Shown one piece after another: positions 10,160-20,181 of a stretch of DNA of 64,000 bases; the first letter of the stretch is position 1; every line of letters begins with the position of its first letter. Origin of the DNA: an uncultured Bacteriovoracaceae bacterium (GTDB taxonomy: Bacteria; Desulfobacterota; Desulfomonilia; UBA1062); the NCBI GenBank assembly GCA_964572405.1, contig CAZNGL010000001.1:11553-75552 (forward strand). Direction: 5' to 3'. A program made the position numbers and the translations under genes. The notes below the pieces were generated by a model, which was not told the DNA's origin, ran no database searches, and saw only the letters and a list, made by a program, of their open reading frames with translations.

Positions 10160-10696
10160 ATGACCACGAAGAAGCTCTCCCTCATCGCACTGTTCGCGGC
10201 GCTCACCGCCATGGGTGCCTTCATCAGGCTGCCCCTGTGGCCGGTGCCCATAACGCTCCAGACCTTCTTCGTGATCCTGTCCGGACTTGTCCTGGGCGCT
10301 CCGGCGGGGGCCATGAGCCAGACCATCTACATCATCGTGGGGCTCATCGGGCTTCCGGTCTTCTCCGGCGGTGGCGGCCCGTCGTACCTCATGAAGCCGT
10401 CCATGGGCTATCTCATCGGGTTCCTCCTCGCGCCGGTGGCGGTGGGTGCATACATCCGGGGCCGGGCTTTCACCGCATGGAACGTGCTCATCGCCTCCCT
10501 GCTGGGTTCAGCAGCCATCTACGCCGTGGGCGTACCCTACCTGGCGGCCTACCTCCACCTGGTGCTCAGCAAGCCCGAGGCCGCGGGTATAGCGGTCAAG
10601 ACGGGACTGCTCCTGTTCCTGCCAGGGGACATCCTCAAGTGTATGGTCCTGGCCGTGGTGGTGCCAAGGCTGAAACTGCCCGGGCATCAAAGGTAA
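10160..10696 (+). CDS. bioY: Biotin transporter BioY (ECF S-component)
   Basis: 178-aa polytopic membrane protein with BioY motifs ITLQTFFVILSGLVLG, GLPVFSGGGG and MGYLIGF. Confidence 0.8.
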   Translation: MTTKKLSLIALFAALTAMGAFIRLPLWPVPITLQTFFVILSGLVLGAPAGAMSQTIYIIVGLIGLPVFSGGGGPSYLMKPSMGYLIGFLLAPVAVGAYIRGRAFTAWNVLIASLLGSAAIYAVGVPYLAAYLHLVLSKPEAAGIAVKTGLLLFLPGDILKCMVLAVVVPRLKLPGHQR

Positions 10697-10803
10697 CTCC
10701 TTCCCTGCGTCCACCATCCGGCTCTGGAACAAATCCGGGATCTGTGCAAATATAGACGGGTGCTGCTGATCATTTCTCCATGCGGTCAAGGAGGGAGAGG
10801 GAC

Positions 10804-12672
10804 ATGAATCTCGCGGACATCATCTCCAGGGGCGGAACCGACCCCGAGCTCAGGGACCGGGTGTTTATCATGTTCCGGCAGGACAGCGAGGAGATCCGCA
10901 CCATCACCTACGGGGAGCTGTACGCACGGTCCCTGGCCTACGGCGCGCTCATCGCCTCGATCAAGGAGCGCCGCGGCATCGCAACCCCCGAGCGCTTCCA
11001 CGTGGGCGTGTTCATGCAGAACATCCCGGAGTTCTTCTTCCTGCTCTTCGGCTGCGCCTTCACGAATGCCACCCTGGTGGGGGTGAACAACGCCCAGGTG
11101 GGTGAGAAGCTGGCCTTTGACATCAACAACATCGACATGCACGTGCTCGTCTCCGACTATGCCCCCCAGCCCGGCACGGACGGCACCTTCCTGGACACGG
11201 TGCTCCGGGCGCGGGGACTCTTCGGGTTCACCTCGCTCCAGGACGACGCCATCCTTGTGGTGGACCCGCCCTCGGGACAGGTCCCGCAGGGCGCCTGCCT
11301 TCTGAGTGAACGGCTCGCCGAGACCGCCTGCCGGCTCGGTTCGTTCGTCCCCGAACCCCTGGATACCGCGCGTCCCGCGGTGATCATCTTCACCTCGGGC
11401 ACCACGGGCGCTCCCAAGGGCATCGAGGTGACCTGGCAGAAGCTCTACGACACGGGGGTGAACGGCACCCGGATCCTGTCCTACACCGCCGACGACGTGG
11501 GGTACGTGTGCATGCCCGTGAACCACTCCAACGCGCTCTACCTCAACATCATGCCCGCGCTGCTGAACTACGCGAAGCTCTTCGTGCGCAGGAGGTTCTC
11601 GGCCAGCGGCTTCGTGAAGGACCTCGCCGACTCGAAGACCACGGTGTGGAACTGCGTGGGCGACCCGGTGCAGTACGTGCTCAACCACGTGCAGGCGAAG
11701 GTGGGCCCTCAGGCCGACTTCTCGCACCTGCCCATCCGTACGGTCATCAGCACGGGCACCAATGCCCCGAACCGCTCCGCCTTCACCCGCATGTTCGGGC
11801 TCGACATCTTCACCGAGGTCTACGGCTCCACCGAGGCGGGCGCCATCACGGCCGTGGACGCTGCCACCCCGGAATACAGCGTGGGCAGGCTCCTGAAGGA
11901 CATCCGCATCGTGGACGAGGCCACGGGCGCCGAGTGCGCCCCTGCACAGGTGGACGCATCGGGCAGGATCCTGAACCTGAACGAGTCCGCGGGCGAGATC
12001 GTGGTGAGCCAGGAATCTCTGGGCGCCTCCGCCTTCACCGGCTACTACCGCCTGCCTTCGGAGAGCGCCAGAAAGATCATGCGCCTGGACGGCAAGGACT
12101 ACTACCGCATGGGTGACCTGGGCGCCGTGGTGGAGAAAGACGGCGCGAAATTCCTCGTATTCCTGGGCCGCACCGGCGACTGGATCCGTTTCAAGGGCGA
12201 GAACTGGACCCCGGTGGATGCGGAGAAGGTCGTGGGCAGGTACGAGGGCGTCACGAACGCTGGCATCATCGGCGTTCCCCAGGCAAGAGGCCGCGAGGAC
12301 GACCCCATGTACATCCTGGAGGTGGAGAGACCCGCCGCCTTCGACCCGACGCCCTTCCTTAAGTACTGCAGGGAGAACCTGCCCCACTACATGCAGCCGC
12401 GCTTCATCCGCATCGTGCGCTCGGTCCCGCTCACCGAGACCATGAAGCTGAAGAAGTCCGTGCTCAAGGCCGAGTTCTACGAGCGCACGCCGGGTCACGA
12501 CGCATCCGGGGACGACCTTGTCTTCGTGGTGGAGAACGGAAGGACCAGGAGGTTCCTCCACGAGGACTACCTGGCGGAACTCGCCCGTTTCACTGACCCC
12601 ACGAACCGGGACACCCTGCAGGCCTACACCAAGCGGGCCGATATCTTTTCCGGCAAGGGTGGTCAACCATGA
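10804..12672 (+). CDS. AMP-dependent synthetase/ligase (acyl-CoA synthetase family)
   Basis: AMP-binding motif IIFTSGTTGAPKG plus the downstream YGSTE and YRMGD motifs. A strong SD (AAGGAGGGAGAGGG) precedes ATG 10804. Confidence 0.85.
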   Translation: MNLADIISRGGTDPELRDRVFIMFRQDSEEIRTITYGELYARSLAYGALIASIKERRGIATPERFHVGVFMQNIPEFFFLLFGCAFTNATLVGVNNAQVGEKLAFDINNIDMHVLVSDYAPQPGTDGTFLDTVLRARGLFGFTSLQDDAILVVDPPSGQVPQGACLLSERLAETACRLGSFVPEPLDTARPAVIIFTSGTTGAPKGIEVTWQKLYDTGVNGTRILSYTADDVGYVCMPVNHSNALYLNIMPALLNYAKLFVRRRFSASGFVKDLADSKTTVWNCVGDPVQYVLNHVQAKVGPQADFSHLPIRTVISTGTNAPNRSAFTRMFGLDIFTEVYGSTEAGAITAVDAATPEYSVGRLLKDIRIVDEATGAECAPAQVDASGRILNLNESAGEIVVSQESLGASAFTGYYRLPSESARKIMRLDGKDYYRMGDLGAVVEKDGAKFLVFLGRTGDWIRFKGENWTPVDAEKVVGRYEGVTNAGIIGVPQARGREDDPMYILEVERPAAFDPTPFLKYCRENLPHYMQPRFIRIVRSVPLTETMKLKKSVLKAEFYERTPGHDASGDDLVFVVENGRTRRFLHEDYLAELARFTDPTNRDTLQAYTKRADIFSGKGGQP

Positions 12673-13910
12673 GCACGAAGAGCACGGTGAGCGCCCTGCA
12701 GAAGCGCATCATGGAGCGGCACTACGCCCGGGCGGCGCAGGCCAGGCGGGAGGGCAGGCCCGTGGTGTACGTCACCGCCGTGTTCCCGGTGGAGCTCGCC
12801 CGGGCCTTCGAGCCCGAGGTGGCCGTGGTGTACCCGGAGAACCACGCGGTGAACATCATCGTGAACGGACTGGCCGAGGAGCTCGCGGGCCTGGCCGTGG
12901 GAGCGAATCACCTGGACGCCATGGGGTGCTCCTACGAGCTGGCCAACACGGGCTATCTCATGGCCCTCCAGGGCCAGGGGACCCCGGAACTCAGGCAGAG
13001 GCTCGCCTCCATCCCTCCCCTGCCCGTGCCGGACCTCCTGCTCGCCTGCAACAACCAGTGCGACGTGGTGGCCGAGTGGTACCAGAACCTGAGCACGCTG
13101 TGCGGGGGCGTACCCTACCGGGTCATCAACGTGGGCAACCGCTACGACGGCGTCGTCGACTCCGTGCGCGTCCGGTACGTGAAGGACCAGCTCCTGGACG
13201 TGATCGCGGCGCTGGAGGAGGTGAGCGGTACCCGGTTCGACCCGGACAGACTGCTGGCGGCCTCCGACCTGGCGAACCAGGCCCTGCGTCTCTGGAAAGA
13301 GTACCTGGCCTTCGGCAGGCTGAAGCCGTCGCCCATGACCGCCTTCGACGGGTTCTTCCACATGGCGCTCATCGTGGCGGAGCGGGGCACGGAGGACGCC
13401 GTGGCCTACTACCGGGCCCTGGTGGAGGAGACCGAGGGCCGCATCGCAGCGGACGAACCCGCGGTGAGCCCGGAGCGGTACCGGGTGCTCTGGGACAACC
13501 TCGCCACCTGGTTCAACTTCGGCAAGCTCAAGCGCCAGCTGGCTGCCAGGGGCGTGGCCGTGGTGGGATCCACCTACCTGGACGTGTGGAAGCGGGAGTT
13601 CGACACCTCGAGCCTCGACGCCCTGCTCGACAGCATGGCCGAGTCCTACTGCACCATGTACACGAACTTCACGCTTCATGAGCGCATCGAGCTGTGGAAA
13701 CAGCTCGTGCGGGACTACCAGGCAGACGGCGTGCTCTTCCACAACAACAAGAGCTGCCACACCTTCTCGCGCCTCCAGGGCCAGATAGCCTCCGCACTGA
13801 AGGAGGAGTTCGGCCCCGACTTCAAGACCGTGGTGTTCGACGGCGACATGGGCCTCGAGGAGCGCTTTCAGAAACACCGGTTCTTCACGGCCATCGAGAC
13901 GTACTTCTGA
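12669..13910 (+). CDS. 2-hydroxyacyl-CoA dehydratase / benzoyl-CoA reductase family (HGD-D domain) subunit
   Basis: 413 aa with the HgdB/BcrB-like conserved Cys pattern. It overlaps the ligase by 4 nt (ATGA). Confidence 0.65.
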   Translation: MSTKSTVSALQKRIMERHYARAAQARREGRPVVYVTAVFPVELARAFEPEVAVVYPENHAVNIIVNGLAEELAGLAVGANHLDAMGCSYELANTGYLMALQGQGTPELRQRLASIPPLPVPDLLLACNNQCDVVAEWYQNLSTLCGGVPYRVINVGNRYDGVVDSVRVRYVKDQLLDVIAALEEVSGTRFDPDRLLAASDLANQALRLWKEYLAFGRLKPSPMTAFDGFFHMALIVAERGTEDAVAYYRALVEETEGRIAADEPAVSPERYRVLWDNLATWFNFGKLKRQLAARGVAVVGSTYLDVWKREFDTSSLDALLDSMAESYCTMYTNFTLHERIELWKQLVRDYQADGVLFHNNKSCHTFSRLQGQIASALKEEFGPDFKTVVFDGDMGLEERFQKHRFFTAIETYF

Positions 13911-14005
13911 GTTCTTGTATTCATTGACAAACCAGGATCGATGTGGTTCACTCACCCTATACATCCAGTGCCATTGACCTTCTTGAAATACATGCGAGGT
14001 TGCCC

Positions 14006-14908
14006 ATGAAACAGCGAAACACGGTTCTGCTCATCGGGTTCTTCCTTCTCTTCACGGTCTCCACCATCCATGCCGGCGAGGTCATCACCGACGGCGAGCG
14101 CCAGTGGGCGAAGCAGGCCCTGGCCCAGGAACAGGCCCTGGAGGCAGCCCCTTCACCGAACACGGTGGCGGTGCTGTCCTTCGGCAACCCCTCGGCAGAC
14201 CCCGGGCTGGTGCCGCTCCAGAAGGGCTTCGCCTACCTGCTCATGACCGACCTGTCCCAGGTCCAGGGCATCACGGTGGTGGAGCGCGTCAGGCTCCAGG
14301 CTCTGCTGGAGGAGCTGAAGCTCGGCGCCTCGGGCCTGGTGGAGAAGGCCTCGGCCCCCCGGGTGGGAAGGCTCGCAGGCGCGGGCTACCTCGTGGGGGG
14401 AGACCTCTCCGGGAAGGACCGCTCCGGCCTGTCGGTCACCTCGGACGTGCTCCAGGTGAAGGACCAGAGCAGTCTGGGAAGGCCGTCTGCCGACGGGCTG
14501 CTGGAACAGGTCTTCGATCTTGAGAAGAAGATCCTCTTCGAGGTGGTGGACCTGCTCAAGATCAAGCTCTCCAAGAAGGAGCGGGAAAACCTCAAGCGGC
14601 CGCTCACCACCAGCTATCGGGCCCTGATCTATCTCTCCATGGGCCTCGACGCCAGCGACCGGGGCAACTACACCCGGGCCGACCTCTTCTACCGCAAGGC
14701 CCTGGCCATCGACCCCCAGTTCAGCCCGGCTGCCAGGGCCAGGGAAGAACTCCAGGCCATGAGGCTGGTGGCGGTGAACCCCCAGGCCTTTGCCATCCTG
14801 GCAAGGCAGGAGGAGCAGAACTCGTCCACTGATTCACTGCGCAGGGACGATTCGACCTTCCGCGAGTTCAGGCCACCCACGACCGGGCAGATCCGGGTGA
14901 CGTGGTGA
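14006..14908 (+). CDS. Secreted protein with a CsgG-like (curli channel lipoprotein-like) module and a TPR-like C-terminus
   Basis: Signal peptide MKQRNTVLLIGFFLLFTVSTIHA. Motif VVERVRLQALLEELKLGASGLV...GRLAGAGYLVGGDL matches the CsgG core IPLERQGLQNLLNERKI...AANIMVEGSI as recalled. The start was reset to ATG 14006, which has an SD. Confidence 0.5.
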   Translation: MKQRNTVLLIGFFLLFTVSTIHAGEVITDGERQWAKQALAQEQALEAAPSPNTVAVLSFGNPSADPGLVPLQKGFAYLLMTDLSQVQGITVVERVRLQALLEELKLGASGLVEKASAPRVGRLAGAGYLVGGDLSGKDRSGLSVTSDVLQVKDQSSLGRPSADGLLEQVFDLEKKILFEVVDLLKIKLSKKERENLKRPLTTSYRALIYLSMGLDASDRGNYTRADLFYRKALAIDPQFSPAARAREELQAMRLVAVNPQAFAILARQEEQNSSTDSLRRDDSTFREFRPPTTGQIRVTW

Positions 14909-14922
14909 GAGGGGGGTGAACA

Positions 14923-16872
14923 ATGCAGAACCCGTCGAATGAATGCCGTTCTCACAGCGCGTATACACGGCGTCCTTCCGTCCTTATCATGCTTGCCGCA
15001 TGCATCTCTTCCCTGCTCGCGGTCTCTTGTTCCGGAAGCGGCGGCTCGGACACCGGGAGCGTGGCCTTCACCATCAGGATGCCCCAGAGCCAGACACAGG
15101 CCTTTTCCAAGGCTGCACAGTTCCTCTGCCAGGAGTACGGCATCGCAACGGTTGAGGCCGTGGTCCTCGCATATGACGGAGAAACCGTGATGGGCAGGGG
15201 TGGCCCATGGCCCTGCGATGCCGGGGAAGGGATCGTATCGGGTGTCAAGGAGGGACAGAACTACACCCTCACCGTCAACCTGAGGAACAGGAGCGGCTCC
15301 ATCCTCTTTCGCGGCAGCATATCGGGGATCACCGTTGTTGCCGGCGAGATGACCGATGCGGGGACCATCGAGCCCACCAGCACCAACAGCCCACCTGTGT
15401 TCGTCCCCATGGAAAACCAGCAGGTGAATGCCCAACAGACGCTCACCTTTACCGTGCAGGCCACGGATATCGAGGATAACACACTAACATACAGCGCTGG
15501 ATCTCTGCCCTATGGCGCGTCCTTCAATCCTGACACCCAAACCTTCACCTGGACCCCGAACTCGGACCAGATAGGCTCCTACACCGTATTGTTCGAGGTC
15601 ACAGACGACGGCGTGCCTCAGTTGAACGATACCATGGAGGTTACCATCACCGTCGGCAATGCAAATCAGCCGCCGGTATTTGAAGCAATGACGAGCCAGC
15701 AGGTGTACGAGGGGCAGGAACTAAGTTTCACCGTCTCTGCGACAGACCCTGAGAATGATACCCTGACGTACAGCGTGGTGGAGCCCCCCACAGGGTCAGA
15801 ATTCGATCCGGATACCCAGACATTCTCATGGACCCCCGGCTACACCCAGTCCGGGACCCACACCGTGCAGTTCATGGTCACGGACGACGGCGTGCCCACT
15901 CAGAGCGACACCCTTTATGTCACCATTACCGTGATCAATGTGAACCGGGCCCCCGTTCTCCAATCCATAGGAACCCGTCACTTCACCCTGCTCGACGGAG
16001 GGTCCATAACGGTCTCCGCATACGACCCTGACGGGGACACCCTCACCTACGACATCGCCGGGATGCCTGAGCCTTATGGAGCTGGATACCTGCGAGGCAT
16101 GGCCATCGATCCGGGCACACATGTTTTCACATGGGATCCCGGCTCAGAGGATTATGGTCCCGGCGAGTACAAGGTTCTGTTCAGGGTAACGGACAACGGC
16201 ACCCCGCGGCTCAGCGACTACGAGTGGGTGACCATCCAGGTCTATGACTCTCCCACGGAACTCGATGGAGAGATGTTCCCGGTGCTGACCCATATCGGAA
16301 ACCGTCAGGTGTCTGTGGGCCAACTGCTCCAGTTCAGCGTCTCGGCAACGGATGCTGACCCTACCGCCACGGTGCAATATTATGCCAACACCATTTACGG
16401 GAAGACATATCCCACCGGGGCTTCATTGAGCGCGGGGATCGTACCTCCTGTCTTTACCTGGTCCAATCCGACCCCTGCCGGAAACTACTGGGTGCGTTTC
16501 GTGGCCAACGACAACCACGATGTCTACAACCAGCAGCAGGTGTTCGAAGATGTGGTGATCACCGTGGGCGGTGTAAACAGACCCCCGACGCTGGACCCCA
16601 TCGGTGCACGGCGCGTGGTGAGGGGGGAGTCGATTCAATTCATCGTCACTGCCACGGATCCTGAAAACGGCGCTCTCACCTTTACCGCACAGGGAGTTTT
16701 CAATCTGGATCCGATTGCTCTGCCGAGCGGGGCGTCCCTCAACCAGACGACAAAGGTCTTCACCTGGAACACCCTGGCCGATGAGCCCTATGGCTACCAG
16801 ACGATCCGCATTACGGTCACCGATGCTCAAGGGGAAAGTGATTATGAAGATATCCAGGTGCTCCTATACTAG
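14923..16872 (+). CDS. Lipoprotein made of about six tandem ~95-aa cadherin-like / putative-Ig (He_PIG-like) repeats
   Basis: Lipobox LLAVSC. The repeat unit NxPPVF...Q.V.EGQ.L.FTV.A.DPE.D.LTYS...P.GA.FD.DTQTF.WTP...Q.G.Y.V.F.VTD.G.P...D...VTITV.NVNR.P recurs about six times. The N-terminal domain has two Cys. Confidence 0.7.
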   Translation: MQNPSNECRSHSAYTRRPSVLIMLAACISSLLAVSCSGSGGSDTGSVAFTIRMPQSQTQAFSKAAQFLCQEYGIATVEAVVLAYDGETVMGRGGPWPCDAGEGIVSGVKEGQNYTLTVNLRNRSGSILFRGSISGITVVAGEMTDAGTIEPTSTNSPPVFVPMENQQVNAQQTLTFTVQATDIEDNTLTYSAGSLPYGASFNPDTQTFTWTPNSDQIGSYTVLFEVTDDGVPQLNDTMEVTITVGNANQPPVFEAMTSQQVYEGQELSFTVSATDPENDTLTYSVVEPPTGSEFDPDTQTFSWTPGYTQSGTHTVQFMVTDDGVPTQSDTLYVTITVINVNRAPVLQSIGTRHFTLLDGGSITVSAYDPDGDTLTYDIAGMPEPYGAGYLRGMAIDPGTHVFTWDPGSEDYGPGEYKVLFRVTDNGTPRLSDYEWVTIQVYDSPTELDGEMFPVLTHIGNRQVSVGQLLQFSVSATDADPTATVQYYANTIYGKTYPTGASLSAGIVPPVFTWSNPTPAGNYWVRFVANDNHDVYNQQQVFEDVVITVGGVNRPPTLDPIGARRVVRGESIQFIVTATDPENGALTFTAQGVFNLDPIALPSGASLNQTTKVFTWNTLADEPYGYQTIRITVTDAQGESDYEDIQVLLY

Positions 16873-16896
16873 GTTTTTCTTGAATGAGGTAACGCT

Positions 16897-18021
16897 ATGA
16901 TCCTCCGACTCTGTTACGCCATGATCCTGGTAACGCCCCTCCTGGTCTCACCTGCCCTTGCCCTGGAAAAACAGGCCGCGGGCGGCGTCCTCTTCTCCTG
17001 GTGGCAGGACGACAGCGACGACTCGGGCACCCAGATCGCCATCCCCATCAGGGCCGGCCTCACCTACGGCCAGATCAAGGCGCAGATCCTGAACGCCTAC
17101 GTGTCCACCTCGGTGGACATGGACGAGGGCGGGTCAGAGTCCATCAGCGGGTTCGTGGACACCAAGGTGAACGTGTCCTACACCCTGGAGAGGACCATGG
17201 GCATGGACGTCCTGGCGGGGCTCGGCCTCAACCTCCCCACCGGCCAGACCGACTTCTCCGCAGGCGAACTCGTCCTCACCGCCCTGCCCCCCGAGTTGCT
17301 GCCCATAACCTCCTATGGCGAGGGGTTCAATGTGAATCCCTATCTGGCCGTGTCCAGGGAATGGGAACGGGCCGCCGCGGGGTGCGGGATCGGCTACCTC
17401 TGGCGGGGCGAGTACGACTACAGTGAGCTCATGCCCGAGTTCGACCCGGGGGACGTGATCACGCTCACCGCAGAGGGCCGCTACAGCCACACCGACTACT
17501 TCCAGTCGCGGGTGTTCGCCCAGTATGCCACCTACGGCAAGGACAGCATCGATGGTGAAGACTACTCCAAGGACGGCCCCCTCATGCTCTTCGGCCTGGG
17601 CGGCACCTGTTCCAGATCCTCATGGCAGCTCGATGCGGACCTGTACGGGATATTCAGGGGCAAGACCAAGTACTACGTGGAGACCGCCACGCCCATCGAC
17701 GACGAGAAGAACTACGGCGACGAGTTCCGCGCCGATTTCCTGTACCGGTATTTCCTCACCTCCACCCTCACGCTGAAGTCCTCCCTGGGCTTCCTCACCA
17801 TGGGCGAGAACGGGTATGACAAGGACACCGGGTTCTATGCCGGCGGCAGGCAGAAGATCTCCCTTGGGTTCGGCGCGGAAAAGGAATTCCCAGGGGGTCT
17901 GAAGGCGAACCTCGACCTGACCCTGTTCACTCTAAAGGAAAAGGAGAACTTCTTTCACACCGATGATGACCTGACCTTTACCGGCATTCTGATGAGCGGG
18001 GGCTTGCAAAAGACCTTCTAA
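16897..18021 (+). CDS. Predicted outer-membrane beta-barrel protein (signal peptide, C-terminal aromatic residue)
   Basis: Signal peptide MILRLCYAMILVTPLLVSPALA. Many alternating hydrophobic/polar strands (LKANLDLTLFTL, ISLGFGAEKEF). It ends ...GGLQKTF with a terminal Phe, as OMPs do. Asp/Gly/Tyr-rich loops. Confidence 0.5.
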   Translation: MILRLCYAMILVTPLLVSPALALEKQAAGGVLFSWWQDDSDDSGTQIAIPIRAGLTYGQIKAQILNAYVSTSVDMDEGGSESISGFVDTKVNVSYTLERTMGMDVLAGLGLNLPTGQTDFSAGELVLTALPPELLPITSYGEGFNVNPYLAVSREWERAAAGCGIGYLWRGEYDYSELMPEFDPGDVITLTAEGRYSHTDYFQSRVFAQYATYGKDSIDGEDYSKDGPLMLFGLGGTCSRSSWQLDADLYGIFRGKTKYYVETATPIDDEKNYGDEFRADFLYRYFLTSTLTLKSSLGFLTMGENGYDKDTGFYAGGRQKISLGFGAEKEFPGGLKANLDLTLFTLKEKENFFHTDDDLTFTGILMSGGLQKTF

Positions 18022-18124
18022 TATGATATAATATGTAGTAATAATCCGTTGCTCGTCTGGCGGGAACTACCGGGGTCCGGAACACGTGACCGGCCGAGGC
18101 CGCATCATGACACAACGAGGATGA

Positions 18125-20086
18125 GTGATGGGAACGAGAGGAAAGCCGACATCCAGACCTGAAGGCGACCATGCCCCGTGTTGCCCGGTTTTTTTGCGCA
18201 TTTTCGCAGCACTCCTGTTCCTTCTCCTCCTCGGCGCCTGCAGCCAGCGCGATGACTCTTCCGGCACCGGCGGCATCACCTTCACCATCAACCCTCCGGC
18301 GGATTACGTTTCTACCAAGGCAGCAGTGTTCCCGTGCGACGAACTGCACATCGTCACGGTCCAGGCCGAACTCTTTGATTCGGCAGAGAGCCTCGTCGTG
18401 TCCAGCGAACCCTGGGAATGCGGCTCCGGCCAGGGCATGCTCCCTGACATCAGACCGGGCGAGGGATATACCCTGGTCATCTCCCTCATGAACGAGCAGG
18501 GCGCTGTGCGCTACCGCGGTACCAAGGACGGCCTGCGGGTCCGCATGGGCAGGATCACCGATGCCAGGGGCATCGACCTGGAGAGGCTCAACCTGGTCCC
18601 GGTCTTCGAGGAAATCGAGGCCAAGGAGGTCAGGGCCGGGCAGACCCTGGAGTTCAGGGTGAACGCCGTCGACCCGGACGGAGACCCCATCACCTACTCC
18701 GTCCTTTCCCTGCCCGAAGGCGCGTCCTTCGACCCTGGAACCGGCCGCTTCTCCTGGACCCCGTCGAACAGCCAGTCAGGCGTCTACCTGGCCAGCTTCC
18801 AGGTGAACGACGAGTTCGACGAGCCTGACGCCGATGTCCTGGAGGTGTACATCGTGGTCACCGGGCCCAACCTGCCGCCCGAGTTCGATACCTTAAGGAC
18901 GCAGCGGGTCCAGGAGGGACAGTCCCTGAGGTTCACGGTGCAGGCATCCGACCCGGATGGCGATGCCGTGACCTACCGGGCCGTATCGTTGCCCCCTGGA
19001 GCGTCTTTCAACACCACCACGGGCCTCTTTTCTTGGAGGCCCGGCTACACCCAGGCACGGACCTATGTCATCCGGTTCGAGGCCACGGACGACAGCAATC
19101 CCCCGCAGACCTCATACCTGGACGTGACCGTCGTGGTCACGAACACCAACCGTTCCCCCGTGGTGGATGTCCCTGAGGGGATCCAGCGGGTGGGCACCAC
19201 CGGGACCCTGCAGTTCACCGTATCAGCGACGGACCCCGACGGGAACTCCCTGACCTTTGCAGCGGCGAACCTGCCCAGGGATCCCTACGGCACCTATTTC
19301 CCGGGCGTGGCCTTCGACGAGGCCACCGGGTCCTTCCGGTGGGTCGCGCCGGGTCCGGCCGCGGTGGGCGAGTACCACGTCCTGTTCATCGTCACCGACT
19401 CGGGCAGTCCTGCACAACGCGTCTACCGGACAGTCACCATCCTGGTCTACGACGACGTGCTGCCCCGCCGGTACCCGGTGCTCGCCGCCATCGGCCCCAG
19501 GCAGGCAGATCCCGGCGAAGAAGTGCGATTCACGCTCAGCGCCTCTGACCCGGACTACCCCGATGGCGGCCTGGATTCCCTGGACTTCAGCATGGAGCCC
19601 ATCCCGGGGTATGACTTCCCGAATGGGGCGTCCATAAACAACCTCTCCCGGGAGTTCAGCTGGGACGCCCTGGAACAAGGCAACTACCGGGTGCGCTTCA
19701 GGGTGAGAGACCCCGGCGACCCCGCATACATGTCCGACCACGAGGACGTGGTGATCACCGTGGGCAGCGTGAACCGGCCTCCGGTGCTGGAACCCATCGG
19801 CAACCGGGTGGTATTCAACCGCAACACAATAGAGTTCCCTGTCTTCGCCACGGATCCCGACGCAGGTGATACCCTCACCTACAGCGCGGACGGCCTGCCT
19901 GAGGGCGCAACCTTCGATGCGGCCGCGCATACGTTCTCCTGGACACCCTGGTACTACGACGACAAACCCCTGGGAGCCAAGTGCATCCCGCCCCTGACCG
20001 TGACCGTGAGGTTCTGGGTCCATGACAGCGGTTCACCCCGGGAGAGCGACTACGAGGACGTCCAGATCACGGTGTTCTTCGAATGA
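18125..20086 (+). CDS. Paralogous lipoprotein with ~6 cadherin-like/He_PIG-like tandem repeats
   Basis: Lipobox LLLGAC. The repeat architecture and two-Cys N-terminal domain match the 14923..16872 product (e.g. NLPPEFDTLRTQRVQEGQSLRFTVQASDPDGDAVTYRAVSLPPGASFNTTTGLFSWRPGYTQ). Confidence 0.7.
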   Translation: MMGTRGKPTSRPEGDHAPCCPVFLRIFAALLFLLLLGACSQRDDSSGTGGITFTINPPADYVSTKAAVFPCDELHIVTVQAELFDSAESLVVSSEPWECGSGQGMLPDIRPGEGYTLVISLMNEQGAVRYRGTKDGLRVRMGRITDARGIDLERLNLVPVFEEIEAKEVRAGQTLEFRVNAVDPDGDPITYSVLSLPEGASFDPGTGRFSWTPSNSQSGVYLASFQVNDEFDEPDADVLEVYIVVTGPNLPPEFDTLRTQRVQEGQSLRFTVQASDPDGDAVTYRAVSLPPGASFNTTTGLFSWRPGYTQARTYVIRFEATDDSNPPQTSYLDVTVVVTNTNRSPVVDVPEGIQRVGTTGTLQFTVSATDPDGNSLTFAAANLPRDPYGTYFPGVAFDEATGSFRWVAPGPAAVGEYHVLFIVTDSGSPAQRVYRTVTILVYDDVLPRRYPVLAAIGPRQADPGEEVRFTLSASDPDYPDGGLDSLDFSMEPIPGYDFPNGASINNLSREFSWDALEQGNYRVRFRVRDPGDPAYMSDHEDVVITVGSVNRPPVLEPIGNRVVFNRNTIEFPVFATDPDAGDTLTYSADGLPEGATFDAAAHTFSWTPWYYDDKPLGAKCIPPLTVTVRFWVHDSGSPRESDYEDVQITVFFE

Positions 20087-20092
20087 GAAAAG

Positions 20093-20118
20093 GGGCCCTG
20101 CGATAGTCCGCAGGGCCC
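20093..20118. terminator. Bidirectional rho-independent terminator between convergent genes
   Basis: Perfect 10-bp GC-rich inverted repeat GGGCCCTGCG-atagtc-CGCAGGGCCC. A T-rich run follows it on the minus strand (TTTTCTCATT) and a weaker one on the plus strand (GTTCGCCTTTC). Confidence 0.5.
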
Positions 20119-20181
20119 GTTCGCCTTTCAGGTACATCTGTGGGTCTCTTGAGATTTAGTGGCTGTTCGCTGCGGTAACTC

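Noticed and set aside
9296-10696. 466-aa plus-strand ORF spanning the hydrolase-BioY interval
   Set aside because: The upstream 290 aa is Arg/His/Pro-rich junk overlapping the real alpha/beta-hydrolase frame. Only the BioY portion from ATG 10160 is genuine.
10786-13964. 626-aa and 433-aa minus-strand ORFs antisense to the acyl-CoA ligase and HGD genes
   Set aside because: Composition-biased antisense ORFs. The sense strand carries the AMP-binding motif and HGD Cys pattern.
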